DNA of 64,000 bases from a bacterium. GTDB lineage: Bacteria > Zhuqueibacterota > Zhuqueibacteria > Residuimicrobiales > Krinioviventaceae. The first letter of the stretch is position 1; every line of letters begins with the position of its first letter. The position numbers and the translations under genes were made by a program. The stretch covers positions 4,064,001-4,128,000 of the forward strand of contig OY843751.1 of the NCBI GenBank assembly GCA_963693055.1, read 5' to 3'. Shown here piece by piece: positions 49,540 to 61,601 of this stretch. The notes under the pieces were generated by a model. The model was not told where the DNA came from. It saw nothing but the letters and a program-made list of their open reading frames with translations, and searched no databases.

Positions 49540-51471
49540 TCATCGTATCAATACCATTTTACGGGTATCTGAAAATTCATTTGAACGGATGGTATAATAA
49601 TAAACACCTGATGCAGCCTGGTTGCCAGATGCATCGGTCCCGTTCCACATGACCTCATAATGGCCGGCTGGTCTGTCTTCATCAACCAGGGTGTCCAGTT
49701 TTTCCCCCTTTACATTGTAAACACCAAGCTCTACAAAACCGTGTTCCTGTAATTCAAATGATATCCGTGTAACGGGATTAAAGGGATTGGGATAATTTTG
49801 ATACAATCGATATTGGTTGGGAGTGTGGGTGTTTAAATCCACAGCAGCATAAGTAGTTATATTTTCAACCAGTTGCGCGTCTGATTCCAGTGTAAGCGAA
49901 TCTCCCATGGTAGGATAAAGGGTTAATCTCAGTCCATAAAAACCGGGAGTCAAACCCTGTGTATTCCACAAGGCCAGCAAACCATTTTCAACAGGTTGCT
50001 TATGCACACCATCGGTATCCCACCAAACAGTACTGCTGTCTCTGCTTCCGGCTGCATATTCAATCTTGTATTGTTTGAACTCGAGCGGATTATCAGGACC
50101 GCTAAGAATTCTTGCCGAACCCACAACAGGTACCTGTTCATTTACCCTGTTGTCTACCCATCCAATCTTTTCCTCAAACAAGAGTGCGCCTCCATGTGCT
50201 TCAGGAACAGCCAGATAGCCGGTATTTAACAGCGCAATAGCGGCAGACTCGTCAGCGTCAATTTCCGTGCCCAACAAAGATGACATGGCAGCCACCAGAA
50301 TTCCGGTTTCTCGCGCAATGGTTTGAGACATGTTCAACGTACGGTACAGTACCATTTCACTTTTAGCAAAAGCGCCAATATACCCTCCACTGCCATCGCA
50401 CACACTGTTATCAACAACAACGTGAGAACTGTCCATTGACAAAATTTCACCAAACACACAATTTTCTACAGTCAGTTTTGCTTCTTTTGACGCGTAAAAA
50501 TTCCAGGTTTCTACTTTTGTATTTATCATGCGCATATTCCGATCAGGTACATCCAGCACCTTGTCTGAATATTTATATCCATTGGTCAAATTTGATATTG
50601 TCACAGAATCTGGAATATCCACATACAGCCCCGCCGCGCGTAATTTTGTATCTCTGAATATTGCATCACACCCACTAATGGCAATAGTTCCCCACCAAAC
50701 ATTTGTACAACTATCTACAGATACAGCATAATCAATGCCTACTACGCCGGGTGTTTCCCCAGAAAACTCGAAACCGGTAACCAATGAATCCGCAGGTAAA
50801 GCCATATCTACAACACTGTTTTCCGGTAATATAAACCAGAACAACAGAGAATCACATTGGCTGAATTTTATAGTGTTTTGATTAAAGCAAAGATACTCCC
50901 CCGGTAGAATGCTTCTGGCAATATCGGCGCTGCTGTTTTCCATCATTGCGGTTGTAATAAATCCTTTGGTGATATGAGAATCATGGATTTCAAGATACGC
51001 TTCGTTGGTCATACCAATATCCCAACTTTGATTAGAAGATGTAAAATTCACCCCGTTCATCAAAAACCTTCCATCCTCAATTATCAGAGATTCATGTTCA
51101 TAAATATATTCCTGATTAATAGTAAAATTACCACCGCGTACATCCAGCGTACCATTCCCCATGATATAAATATCACCATCGATATAAAAATCAGCGTTAT
51201 CCAATAACAACGTGCCATTATTCACAATTGCAAGATCACCATTCAGACGATAACTGCCGGTAATTGTAACCATCTCATTGGGATCAGGATACCCTACAAT
51301 GAGCTTGGCATCATTGGTTTTCTTTTGTTTCTTTAATTGTGGTAAAGAATGGAGTGATCTTGCAAAGGATTTTGCCTGATTTGAAGGAATTACCAATAAT
51401 GAATCCTGAGCAAGAGCTATCTCAGATATAACAAAACTAACAATTATTGCTACGAGCCCCAAATATCTCAT
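49540..51471 (-). CDS. Secreted protein with probable beta-helix region, Ig-like domain and FlgD/T9SS-type CTD
   Basis: Signal peptide; repetitive short-strand pattern (NGDLAIVNNGTLLL, DGDIYIMGNGTLDV); QNYPNPFNPVTRI...WNGTDASGNQAASGVYYY CTD. Confidence 0.75.
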   Translation of the reverse strand: MRYLGLVAIIVSFVISEIALAQDSLLVIPSNQAKSFARSLHSLPQLKKQKKTNDAKLIVGYPDPNEMVTITGSYRLNGDLAIVNNGTLLLDNADFYIDGDIYIMGNGTLDVRGGNFTINQEYIYEHESLIIEDGRFLMNGVNFTSSNQSWDIGMTNEAYLEIHDSHITKGFITTAMMENSSADIARSILPGEYLCFNQNTIKFSQCDSLLFWFILPENSVVDMALPADSLVTGFEFSGETPGVVGIDYAVSVDSCTNVWWGTIAISGCDAIFRDTKLRAAGLYVDIPDSVTISNLTNGYKYSDKVLDVPDRNMRMINTKVETWNFYASKEAKLTVENCVFGEILSMDSSHVVVDNSVCDGSGGYIGAFAKSEMVLYRTLNMSQTIARETGILVAAMSSLLGTEIDADESAAIALLNTGYLAVPEAHGGALLFEEKIGWVDNRVNEQVPVVGSARILSGPDNPLEFKQYKIEYAAGSRDSSTVWWDTDGVHKQPVENGLLALWNTQGLTPGFYGLRLTLYPTMGDSLTLESDAQLVENITTYAAVDLNTHTPNQYRLYQNYPNPFNPVTRISFELQEHGFVELGVYNVKGEKLDTLVDEDRPAGHYEVMWNGTDASGNQAASGVYYYTIRSNEFSDTRKMVLIR

Positions 51472-51553
51472 GCGTATCTACTCCTGATTTTATCCAACTT
51501 ATAGTACGAAAAAAAACAGAATTAGCGTGTGACCCTACGCACAGAGATAAAAT

Positions 51554-54500
51554 TTATTTATGAGAATATTGATAGGTTATATCAAAGCGGGTACCCTTGG
51601 AATTTGACACCTCTATTTTTCCACCAAGCTGCCCCACAAGGCTGTTAACAAGGCGTAGACCCAATGATTTAACACTGTTAAAGTCAATATCAGAATCCAG
51701 CCCAATTCCTTCATCCCATATTGATAGATTATGTTTAGAGCAATTTTCATAATCGTTATTGCACGGGCCAACTTTAAGCTGAAGATAAATATCACCCTTG
51801 CCATCAGGATATGCATATTTAAAAGCGTTTGTCATCAGTTCATTTACAATTAATCCACAAGGAATTGAACGATCAATATCAAGCCCCACATCATCAGGAA
51901 TATCAATATTGACCTTAACATTGTTTGCCTGTTCTTTGAAAAGATAGGAAATATGATCAACAATACCCTGCATATAAGATTTAAAATCAATTTTTGAGAG
52001 ATCATTCGTTTGATACAATCTCTCATGCACCAACGCAATTGTTTTTACTCTGTTACGACTCTCTTCTATAACGTTCTGTACATTATCTTCCGGATGGTTG
52101 CGTCCCTGTAAATAGAGCAGGCTTGAAATAATTTGCAGATTATTCTTAACCCGGTGATGTATTTCTTTGAGCAAAACTTCTTTTTCACTCAATGATTTCT
52201 TTAATTCATTTTCAAATAAAATCTGGTCTGTTACTTCCATTCCATAAATATTAAAATAAGATTCACCAGAAATTGGGGTAATGGTCAATTTGTAATAATA
52301 TTCTTCATGACATTGCTCAATATACTCTTGCACCTTGTTTTCACGCTCGGCTTTTAAAATTATTTCAAAAATATAATCTGGTACTGTATTGCCTATTTTA
52401 ACATCCCACTGTGATAAAAGCTGAAAGGATGACTCGTTTGCAAACAAGATTACACCCGTTTCATCAATGCGAATTACAGGACTCGGATTTTCGTTTGGAA
52501 AACGCGCCATACTTGCAATATTGACTTGAGCTTCCCGGATTGCAATCAACTGGTTTTCCAACAATTTGTTAATATTGGCAAGCTCCATATTTTTATTATC
52601 TACCAGTTTTTTGGCTTGCATCAACTCTTTATTCTGTGTTTCAAGCATTACATTATTTTTCAAGTTTCGGAAAATCAAAAATGTGATCACCAGTAATAGC
52701 GTCATCATCATTCCAACAAACCAATTTTGCTTCCAAATTGGAGGCAAAACATGAAAATGTATCTTTGCAGGAGTAGGATCTACATTCAGATCTTTATTCA
52801 TTGCACGAATTTGAATCGTATGCATTCCCGGTGACAGGTTCAAAAAAACATTATTTGTTTCAGGCGTGTATTCGGACCAGTTACCATCATCCAACTGATA
52901 TGAATAAAGCAATTCATTGTCATTATGGGGCTGCCAACGATCATTCCCATCCCATCTAATTACAACATTTCCCGGACTTGCAACTTTATCAAACGATGAA
53001 AAAATAGTGGTTTCAGGAATATTCTTTTCAAAAAACACACCTACACTAAATACTTTATCAAAGTCATAATCAATCTTGGGGTATTCCGGATTGGGTTGTA
53101 AAAACCAAAACTCGTTAAAAAAATTCAACCAAAGTTTTGAATCACTTTCTTTATAAAAATAGATATAATCTTTAATATCCAAATCAAATGGAAATTCCAA
53201 ATCAAACCATTGTGTCATTTCTATATCAATTTCATTCAAGATACCATAATTAATTCCTATTTTTGTAGAAATCACTACACGGTTGTTACTCAGGAATACG
53301 ACTTCACGAATATTATTATCAATCAAACCACCTGATGTATCTAATATCTTCCAATCATTGCCATTATATACAACAATACCATAGCCTCTGCTGCAAAACC
53401 ATAACCTGCCAGCAGGATCAAGCACTATATTATCAAATTTTGCCTTTTCAAGTCCGGGCACCAAGACATCTTGCCAGATCTGGCCATCAAACACTTTGAT
53501 TCCGTAATAACCGCAGCTCCATATACGACCGTCAGGAGACTGTTCAAGTCCATACGAAACATCCGGGGCATTGGGTTCAAGATGATGGTACCATTCTCCT
53601 CCTGTCTGCTCATTAGGAATAAACTCTAATAACCCACCCTTGAAATTTTCATCAAACGCAAAATCGACAGCACCGGATATCCATAAATGACCATCCTGAT
53701 CTTCAAGGATAGCGTTATATCCAATTGACCAGGAAAGATTTGGGTGTTTAGTTCGTACCCATTTATTATTTTCATAAAATGCAGTTGCTGCAACACCATT
53801 ATGCGAACCCATAGCCCAGACTTGCCCATTTTTCAGTCCAAAAAGATGTTGTGGGTGACTCATTAAACCCTCTTTAACACCAAAACGGGTTTGCTTTTCC
53901 TGCTTTACCTGAATAACATCACTATTATTATCAATATACCAGTTTGCACCCATATCATCTTTTAATTGAAGCACACCAGTATTCCAAAAGGCTTCTTCCT
54001 TGCTTGCATTTACAAATCTGGAGACAAACTGGTTTTCACCGCATAGCCAAACATCACCGTTTAAATCTACCAGTCCGAACGTTCTATTACTGGGAACTTT
54101 ATTTTTTAAGGATGAATAGGTATAAATTTTTATATCATCATTTTTTAAAACATGAAATGACTGGCTTCCGGTAATCCATATCTCATCATCTGCCTCAATT
54201 AAATCAGAATTTCTGTTAAAACCGCCAAGGCTTGTAAAATCAATATATCTCCACTTTTCATTCTCAAAAACATGAACACCACTGTTTTTATCTTCACTTA
54301 ATACCCAAATAGCTCCGTCTTGGGTCTGAAACAAATATGGAGTTTCACCATATACCAGGCCATCATTTTCAGTATAAAATGTATCAAATAATCTGCTATC
54401 ATCCTTATCTTTTGAAATCCTGAACCACCCAACATCACCATTCTGAACAGCATACCATATGCGATGATTAAAAACATCAAAAACCAGATTTCGGGGTTGA

Positions 54501-55225
54501 AACAAATCCTTATATTTTAAATCGATAACATCAAGATTCAACTCTACCGTATAAAGTGCGTTTGAAAATGTAATTTTTTGATCAGATTCAAATGAATCCA
54601 AATGAAAAGCTTGTCCATTTTGAAAATGAACTGAACGGTTAGGATTAACTTTAAAATCAAATATATTATCAGTCGTTGCATATAAATAGAATTCATTTCT
54701 ATACCAGCGCAATACTCCAAACCGTGTAGGAATCAATAGACTGCTGTCAGGTGATTGTACAATGTTATAATCCTGCCAAAAAAAGTCAGAAAATAAAAAG
54801 AGTGGAGTTAATACATTATTATCCACCATATATAATCCGGTTGTAGATCCCGCAATTAAGCTACCCTCCGATGTTTTTAGTAATGTTACAATTTTATCTG
54901 CCGGTTCTCCCATGCAAGAATCATATTTTACCCAATTCAACCCATTATAACTCACAAGCCCCTGGTTCACACCAAACCACAGGGTACTGTCAGGAGTTTG
55001 TTCCATACAATTTACACCCAAACCATCCAGACCATTAAATTTTTGCCAAAATGAAATATTATTTACAGGATCATCTTCAAGAGGTTGAAAAAACAAAACA
55101 GGCAAGGCTATGCCATAATAGAAAAACAAAACCAGCACTACCCCGAATAAAACTACGCCCCGACGCCACTTGAAATCCATCTGGTTCAATGCCTTATAAT
55201 TCAGATCTTTCATAAAAGATATCAT
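51554..55225 (-). CDS. Sensor histidine kinase: beta-propeller (Reg_prop) repeats, Y_Y_Y domain, TM, PAS-like, HisKA_2 and HATPase
   Basis: LWFG/IW repeats; [23 protein letters not shown]; [13 protein letters not shown]; [24 protein letters not shown]; [11 protein letters not shown]; DEGIG; SLGLRLV. Confidence 0.92.
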   Translation of the reverse strand: MISFMKDLNYKALNQMDFKWRRGVVLFGVVLVLFFYYGIALPVLFFQPLEDDPVNNISFWQKFNGLDGLGVNCMEQTPDSTLWFGVNQGLVSYNGLNWVKYDSCMGEPADKIVTLLKTSEGSLIAGSTTGLYMVDNNVLTPLFLFSDFFWQDYNIVQSPDSSLLIPTRFGVLRWYRNEFYLYATTDNIFDFKVNPNRSVHFQNGQAFHLDSFESDQKITFSNALYTVELNLDVIDLKYKDLFQPRNLVFDVFNHRIWYAVQNGDVGWFRISKDKDDSRLFDTFYTENDGLVYGETPYLFQTQDGAIWVLSEDKNSGVHVFENEKWRYIDFTSLGGFNRNSDLIEADDEIWITGSQSFHVLKNDDIKIYTYSSLKNKVPSNRTFGLVDLNGDVWLCGENQFVSRFVNASKEEAFWNTGVLQLKDDMGANWYIDNNSDVIQVKQEKQTRFGVKEGLMSHPQHLFGLKNGQVWAMGSHNGVAATAFYENNKWVRTKHPNLSWSIGYNAILEDQDGHLWISGAVDFAFDENFKGGLLEFIPNEQTGGEWYHHLEPNAPDVSYGLEQSPDGRIWSCGYYGIKVFDGQIWQDVLVPGLEKAKFDNIVLDPAGRLWFCSRGYGIVVYNGNDWKILDTSGGLIDNNIREVVFLSNNRVVISTKIGINYGILNEIDIEMTQWFDLEFPFDLDIKDYIYFYKESDSKLWLNFFNEFWFLQPNPEYPKIDYDFDKVFSVGVFFEKNIPETTIFSSFDKVASPGNVVIRWDGNDRWQPHNDNELLYSYQLDDGNWSEYTPETNNVFLNLSPGMHTIQIRAMNKDLNVDPTPAKIHFHVLPPIWKQNWFVGMMMTLLLVITFLIFRNLKNNVMLETQNKELMQAKKLVDNKNMELANINKLLENQLIAIREAQVNIASMARFPNENPSPVIRIDETGVILFANESSFQLLSQWDVKIGNTVPDYIFEIILKAERENKVQEYIEQCHEEYYYKLTITPISGESYFNIYGMEVTDQILFENELKKSLSEKEVLLKEIHHRVKNNLQIISSLLYLQGRNHPEDNVQNVIEESRNRVKTIALVHERLYQTNDLSKIDFKSYMQGIVDHISYLFKEQANNVKVNIDIPDDVGLDIDRSIPCGLIVNELMTNAFKYAYPDGKGDIYLQLKVGPCNNDYENCSKHNLSIWDEGIGLDSDIDFNSVKSLGLRLVNSLVGQLGGKIEVSNSKGTRFDITYQYSHK

Positions 55226-55397
55226 GAATTCAATTCAATGATGAATTTAATAAAAACATACTTAAACGCAAAGTATAAAATTAAATCCACCTATTAGTCC
55301 AAATATAATGTCACAATATTTATGCCGAACTCATTGTAACAACTATTTGGTAAAATATAAAAACAGAAAAGCCCCCTGGCAGGTAGCGAAAACCAGA

Positions 55398-58300
55398 TTA
55401 AATTATTTTTTTGGGATACTTGTATGAAATATCGAACCTTGTTCCGTTATCAACATTAATAATAATTTCACCATCCAGTTGATCAACAAGATTCTGTACC
55501 AGACGCAAACCTAATGTATTCATATTCTGATAATCGATGTCACTGCTGATCCCAACACCTTCATCCCAAACAGATAGTACATGCTTTGTAAAATCATCTG
55601 ATCCGTTACTTTTTCCATTTACATCCAATTTTAAATATACGACACCTTTTTTTTGAGGATACGCATATTTAAACGCATTGGTAACCAATTCATTCACAAT
55701 TAAACCACAGGGTATTGAACGGTCAAGATCAAGTTTAACATTTTCCGGAATATCTACAACTACATTTATACCTTTGACTTTATCTTTAAACAGATAACCA
55801 ATATGATCAACAATACCTCTCATATAGATCTTGAAATCAATTTTAGACAAATCATTAGACTGATACAACCTCTCATGTACCAGAGCAATGGTTTTGACAC
55901 GGTTACGGCTTTCTTCAATAATGTTTTGTACATATTCATTAGAATGATTTCTTGCCTGGAGATACAATAAACTGGAAATAATCTGTAAATTATTCTTTAC
56001 CCGGTGATGGATCTCTTTGAGCAGCACTTCTTTTTCACCAAGCGATTTTTTGAGTTGGTCTTCAAAAACAATCTGTGCCGTTATTTCCATTCCATAAATA
56101 TTATAATACTTTTCACCATAGATTGGAGTTATGGATAATTTATAAAAAATCTCATTACCGCATCTCTCGATATATTCCTGCACTTTGCCTTCGGTATTGG
56201 CTTTACGCATTAAATCCAGAATATGATCAGGGACCCGATTCCCCAACTGCACATTCCATTCAGATAACAATTGTACAGATGACTCGTTTGCAAACAAGAT
56301 GGTTCCCTGTTCATCAATACGTAATACAGGGCTGGGATTTTCGTTCGGGAATTTAGCCATACTGGCAATATTACTTTGTGCTTCCTGAATCGTCTTTAAC
56401 TGTTTTTTCTGGATTTCATTCTGTTTGCCCAGTTCAATATTTTTTCTAAAAATACTTGAAATCAATAAAAGAATAATGGATAAAAAAGTAATTAACAAGG
56501 TTAGAAACCAACCTTGCTTCCAAATGGAAGGCAATACTTTGAATTCAATGACTGCCGGAGTGGCATCAATATTTAAATCCTGATTCATAGAACGGACAAA
56601 AATTTTGTGCTTACCCGGTTCCAGCATATAAAAAGTTTGAGAACGTTGTTTGGAAAACAAAGACCAGGGTCCATCATCAATTCGATAGGAATAATAAATA
56701 TTATCGTTTGATTCCGGTTTTCCGGGTTCTATACCTCTCCAGTTTACTATAAAGCTCGTTTTATAAGATATTTCATTAAATTTTGTAATTATAAACGTTT
56801 CAGGAAACAACTTTATAAAAGTTAAACGTTGCGAATTAGGTTTTTGGATGACATGACTAATATTTTTATAATGCGGATGATTTTTCAAAATCCATTGTTC
56901 AGAGTATCTATTGATCCAAAAACTATTTTCACCCTCTTTAACCAGATAATTAAAATCTTTGGATGTGAGTTCTTCAGGTATTAACAAAGGGTACCACTGG
57001 ATTGATTCATAATCACTTGCATCACACCTTGCAAGATTAATACCCGTAATTGTTGACACAAGTACCTTGTGAATATCCATGAACAAAATATCACGAATTG
57101 TGTTATCTGAAAGGCCGTTAAGAATGTCTATATTATGCCAGGCTTTACCATCGTAAATGAAAATACCATATCCGCGGGTTCCCACCCACAAATTCCCATG
57201 AGGATCAACCTCTACAGCATCTACTCTTACTAATGTATCCGGGGGCAAATTGAATTTCTTCCAAACTCCATTTTCATAAACACGTAAGCCGAACAAACCA
57301 CCAATCCAAATTCGTCCATCCGGAGTTTGAGTTATGCTGTATGCAACTTTTTCGGTTGCGTTTATATCAAGATGTTTAACCCATTTACCTTTGTATTTAT
57401 CCTGAGGTATATACTCCAGTATACCCCCTTTGTAATTACTGCTTGTACGAAAATCAACAGAACCAGAGAACCATACGTGGTCATCTCTGTCAACAAATAA
57501 ACTGTTCATTTCGATTGACCAGGAAGTATCTCCATGATCCATTCGTTCCCACTTGCCGTTCCTAAAAACTGCGGTTGAGGCACGGCCATTATGAGAACCG
57601 GCAACCCAAACATTCCCATTCTTTTGCTGTACCATTTTAACAGGATCACTCATGATATTATCTTTGACACCATATCGTTTCCAGGAATTGTTCTTGAATG
57701 CTAATAGATAGCCATCATCATGAATGTACCAGTCTGTGCTATCCGCATCAGTGAATTGGAATATGGAATTATCATAATATACTTTACTCTCATACTGCAT
57801 GTCAAAGCGCACAACAAACTGGTCTTCACCGGCAAACCATATATTTTTATTATAGTCTTGAAAAATCGAAGTTTTGTTGCCCGGCACCCTTCCATCAAAC
57901 CTGGAGAAAGGATAAATTCCCCATTTATTGTTCTTGAGTATATGCAAGTAATGAGTGCCCGAAATCCAAATTTCATCATCAATTTCTAATAACTGACAAT
58001 TATTATCGTACCCCCCCAGATCACCCAGTTTGAAATGTTCCCATCGATTGTTCCGGTATATATTTACACCACTCGAGTTGTCATCACTTATTCCCCAGAT
58101 ACTACCATCCCGGGTTTGTCTTAAACGGGTCAATCTACCGGGTACAAGACCATCTTTACTTGTAAACAGTTTGTAATCAAAATCCTTTCCCTCCAGACAA
58201 TTTTTAAAATCAATATAACCAATATCTCCATTGGTCATTGTAAACCAGACCCAATCCCGTTGTTTATCATATACCATTTCACGAGGTTTGAGTTTAATAT

Positions 58301-59006
58301 TGTAGGTTTCTTCAACCTCATCTATTTTAAAAACAGTAACCCGTGTAGAAGAAAACGGATCACTCAAATAAACCGTGTCGTTTGTTTTAAGGGTATCTTG
58401 GGGGCCGAATAATTTACCATTGTCAAAATAGATTTCATTATTTTTTCTTCTTAAATATTCTCTTATTCTGTTTTCTGTGGTAAAAAAACGGATTTCATCA
58501 TGGATGATTTGTAGAAAACCAAATTGCATGGGTATCCATAGAGAATGGTCAGGTGCTTCCAAAACATCATAATAATACCAGAAAATATCAGGAAAAGCTA
58601 AATATGGTTGCCAGGTATTATTATTAAACAGGGTGAGTCCTGAATTGTTGGCTGCAAAAAATTCCCCATTACTACATGATAGAAAAGTAACAATTTCTAA
58701 ATTTCTTAATCCCAATGCGTTATTGTGCAATACCCAGTTAATTCCATCATAACTGACAGCCCCCTTGTCTGTACCAAACCACATGGTACTGTCACAAGAT
58801 TGCCCCATACAATTTAGCCCATAACCGCTTAGTTCTTTAAAAGAATTCCACCGGGTGATATTACTAAACGGATCTACTGTAAATGGCTGGTCATATTCAA
58901 TGGAAAAAGACTGGCATGAATAAAGTAATAAAAATACTACTATTCCCTTGAAAAGAATTGCATCCAAATCATACTTGAAATTCTTCACCGACAACCCCTT
59001 ATTCAA
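55398..59006 (-). CDS. Sensor histidine kinase, tandem paralog of 51554-55225
   Basis: Same domain order; near-identical kinase core ([20 protein letters not shown]) with a diverged propeller. Confidence 0.92.
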   Translation of the reverse strand: MNKGLSVKNFKYDLDAILFKGIVVFLLLYSCQSFSIEYDQPFTVDPFSNITRWNSFKELSGYGLNCMGQSCDSTMWFGTDKGAVSYDGINWVLHNNALGLRNLEIVTFLSCSNGEFFAANNSGLTLFNNNTWQPYLAFPDIFWYYYDVLEAPDHSLWIPMQFGFLQIIHDEIRFFTTENRIREYLRRKNNEIYFDNGKLFGPQDTLKTNDTVYLSDPFSSTRVTVFKIDEVEETYNIKLKPREMVYDKQRDWVWFTMTNGDIGYIDFKNCLEGKDFDYKLFTSKDGLVPGRLTRLRQTRDGSIWGISDDNSSGVNIYRNNRWEHFKLGDLGGYDNNCQLLEIDDEIWISGTHYLHILKNNKWGIYPFSRFDGRVPGNKTSIFQDYNKNIWFAGEDQFVVRFDMQYESKVYYDNSIFQFTDADSTDWYIHDDGYLLAFKNNSWKRYGVKDNIMSDPVKMVQQKNGNVWVAGSHNGRASTAVFRNGKWERMDHGDTSWSIEMNSLFVDRDDHVWFSGSVDFRTSSNYKGGILEYIPQDKYKGKWVKHLDINATEKVAYSITQTPDGRIWIGGLFGLRVYENGVWKKFNLPPDTLVRVDAVEVDPHGNLWVGTRGYGIFIYDGKAWHNIDILNGLSDNTIRDILFMDIHKVLVSTITGINLARCDASDYESIQWYPLLIPEELTSKDFNYLVKEGENSFWINRYSEQWILKNHPHYKNISHVIQKPNSQRLTFIKLFPETFIITKFNEISYKTSFIVNWRGIEPGKPESNDNIYYSYRIDDGPWSLFSKQRSQTFYMLEPGKHKIFVRSMNQDLNIDATPAVIEFKVLPSIWKQGWFLTLLITFLSIILLLISSIFRKNIELGKQNEIQKKQLKTIQEAQSNIASMAKFPNENPSPVLRIDEQGTILFANESSVQLLSEWNVQLGNRVPDHILDLMRKANTEGKVQEYIERCGNEIFYKLSITPIYGEKYYNIYGMEITAQIVFEDQLKKSLGEKEVLLKEIHHRVKNNLQIISSLLYLQARNHSNEYVQNIIEESRNRVKTIALVHERLYQSNDLSKIDFKIYMRGIVDHIGYLFKDKVKGINVVVDIPENVKLDLDRSIPCGLIVNELVTNAFKYAYPQKKGVVYLKLDVNGKSNGSDDFTKHVLSVWDEGVGISSDIDYQNMNTLGLRLVQNLVDQLDGEIIINVDNGTRFDISYKYPKKII

Positions 59007-59178
59007 AATAGCACTATGGAATTAAAGTATAATTGTTTATATAATTTTAGAACATACTACAAATATAATTAAAAATCAATTATCATCACTGCAAAATTAT
59101 TTTTTTATGCATTTTTTCCAGTATTTGTTTTCATTTCCTTTTTTTGTATATTTTAAAATGAATAATCAAGGTTGGATA

Positions 59179-60729
59179 ATGATCAAAAATAAAGAAATTT
59201 CCGGGTTTTATATTGTTTTTTTTACAATCATGTTACTGCATGTACTCTTGATGGCCTTTACCCGTCTGCTGCCTGCTGTTGACGCGCCTATGCATTTGGC
59301 ATCTGCAACTATCTTTAGGGAGTTTGGTAATTCTGCCTATGGCTTTCAAAACTGGTTTGTTTTAAAAAACATGGTCATGCAGCCCAACTCTATCCATCAT
59401 TTCTTTTGCGGATGGCCGATTTTCCCTTCAGTAGAAATTGCCAATACGGTCTATTTCATGCTGTATATGATCATCTTTCCCTTGTCTCTGTTGCTCGCAA
59501 TACGCAAATTTGGTGGTCACCCGGCATACGCGTTATTGGGCTTTCTGGTACTGTACAATAACAACTTTATCTGGGGATTTATGGGATTTTTCATGTCCGT
59601 GCCCTTTGTGCTTTTATTTCTTGTAACACTATCAGATTACTTTTTCAAGTCCCGCAAGCGGGATGCCCTGCTCATTACGCTTATGTTTATTGTTCTCTTT
59701 ATTATGCATGGTATTACCACCTTGCTGACTATAGGATTTTTTGGTCTTGCTCTTTTATGGCGTTACTGGAAAACCCCCAAAACCCTGATAACCAAAAGCC
59801 TGGTTCTGGTACCTGTGTTGCTGCTGCTTGTACGATTTTTCACCACACAGGGCGAAGAAGGCGGCAATGCCGGCGGTAAAAGTTTTCTCAAAGAACTGTT
59901 CTACTATTACAGAGATGATTACCTGGCAACATTGTTTGACCGCATGGGTATGCTTTACCGTAACAACTGGTTATTTAATGAAGGCAAATGGGCCATGCTG
60001 CTGGCAGCCTCGTTTTCCATATTGCTCCTTTTCATCATCATTTTGAACTTTAAATTCAGCAAACAAATTCTTAAAGCAGCCAGTCCGTCCAAGGCAACGT
60101 ACATCCCCATATTGTTTGCGGCTGCGGTTACCCTGTTATGGATTATCATTCCCGCACCCAAACGTTTTATCAGCTTTTCTTATGAACGGATTGATGTATT
60201 TGTATTCCTTGCACTCATTTTGTTTGCCAGCTTGTTTTTCAAAAAACCATTCAGCAAACCTGTACTGTACGGAATTGCAGTGGTTTGTTTGATCCACTTT
60301 GTTATGTGGATGGATTTTTATCGCGATTTTAATAAAGAGAACCAAAACCTGAACGCCGGCTTTTTCCCCAAAGCAGAGTCTCACCATGTGCTTACAGGAT
60401 TAATTTACGATGCCGAGTTCAGGGGGCACCCCTTGTATATCCATTTTCCCAATTATTATATTGTGTGGAACAAGGGCATTGCAACCCCCCGCTTTACGGA
60501 TTTGGGCCTCACCTGGCGCGTTGGCAGAAAAGACGATCTGCCCGAGTATAGTGAATGGCTCTACCGACGTATTCCCCGCGAGATGGAGTATTACCCCGAA
60601 TATGAAAATGTTTCATATCTACTGGTGCGCGGAAAAATGACCGACCGTGCTGCTGCCTTTTTCGACGATTTTCAACTCGTCAAAAGCGCCAGCAAATGGG
60701 AGCTGTGGGAACGGGCAGGAGAAAAGTGA
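59179..60729 (+). CDS. Polytopic membrane protein, possibly a GT-C-fold glycosyltransferase-like protein
   Basis: About 11-12 hydrophobic segments; PAVDAPMH loop after TM1; C-terminal soluble domain. Start uncertain (59107, 59158 or 59179). Confidence 0.6.
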   Translation: MIKNKEISGFYIVFFTIMLLHVLLMAFTRLLPAVDAPMHLASATIFREFGNSAYGFQNWFVLKNMVMQPNSIHHFFCGWPIFPSVEIANTVYFMLYMIIFPLSLLLAIRKFGGHPAYALLGFLVLYNNNFIWGFMGFFMSVPFVLLFLVTLSDYFFKSRKRDALLITLMFIVLFIMHGITTLLTIGFFGLALLWRYWKTPKTLITKSLVLVPVLLLLVRFFTTQGEEGGNAGGKSFLKELFYYYRDDYLATLFDRMGMLYRNNWLFNEGKWAMLLAASFSILLLFIIILNFKFSKQILKAASPSKATYIPILFAAAVTLLWIIIPAPKRFISFSYERIDVFVFLALILFASLFFKKPFSKPVLYGIAVVCLIHFVMWMDFYRDFNKENQNLNAGFFPKAESHHVLTGLIYDAEFRGHPLYIHFPNYYIVWNKGIATPRFTDLGLTWRVGRKDDLPEYSEWLYRRIPREMEYYPEYENVSYLLVRGKMTDRAAAFFDDFQLVKSASKWELWERAGEK

Positions 60730-60883
60730 TCTCTCCAATATATAATAAATTCAATATTGATGTAAATGGATAAAAGATAAAAGTCTTATTCCTTAAATTT
60801 GTGATTATTCGTTTCATTCGTGTACAACTTGAGTTTATCCACACATCTCAACAAATGTACCCCAAAAGAAAAAATCCCTAAAT

Positions 60884-61555
60884 ATGAACAACAACTTGAT
60901 TAACAGTAAATGGATATACTTTTTATTACTGGTCCCAGCAGTTTCCGCCATTCTGGCATTAAACCATTTTGGTTTTGTTTTCAAATCGGGCACAGCGGGT
61001 TCCGGTATCATCATTCTATTGCTATTATCAATAAAACAAACGCATTCCCAAGACATATTTATGCTGATGGCTGCGTTTGCGTTTTCCATTGTTGGCGACT
61101 GGTTTTTGTCCAACATGCATGGAAGCGCCAACATGTTTGTTACAGGAATCGCGTTCTATTTCTTTGCGCATCTGGGATATTTGTTTTACGCGTTGATGAA
61201 AGGAAACATGAACAGGAAATTCACTATCCTTTTACTTGTGGCATATTTGATCTTTTTTTATATCGAGCTTTATCCCGCGTTCAACAATTCCATACTCATG
61301 TGGGCAGTGCTGATTTATCTGATCGTTTCGTGTATATCTCTGGGGGCGGCGGTAGGATTGCGGGGTACGTTTGTTGCAAAATGGACCTATGTATTCGGTA
61401 TCTTTTTAATCTTATTTTCCGATACCATTATAGCCTATAAAGAATTTGTAGATTTTAACCAGCTCAATTTCCTCATTTTACCCACCTACTATCTGGCACA
61501 TATGAGTATTATCTTTTCAGTGATAAAAAGACATTTGGATAAAACAAACTTGTAG
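60884..61555 (+). CDS. yhhN: YhhN/lysoplasmalogenase-family membrane protein
   Basis: FSIVGDWFL, FFAHLGY, LFSDTIIA and LPTYYLAH motifs. Confidence 0.82.
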   Translation: MNNNLINSKWIYFLLLVPAVSAILALNHFGFVFKSGTAGSGIIILLLLSIKQTHSQDIFMLMAAFAFSIVGDWFLSNMHGSANMFVTGIAFYFFAHLGYLFYALMKGNMNRKFTILLLVAYLIFFYIELYPAFNNSILMWAVLIYLIVSCISLGAAVGLRGTFVAKWTYVFGIFLILFSDTIIAYKEFVDFNQLNFLILPTYYLAHMSIIFSVIKRHLDKTNL

Positions 61556-61601
61556 TTAAATCAAAACACTGTCTTGTTCAATAGCGAAAGTAAATCTTGC
61601 T

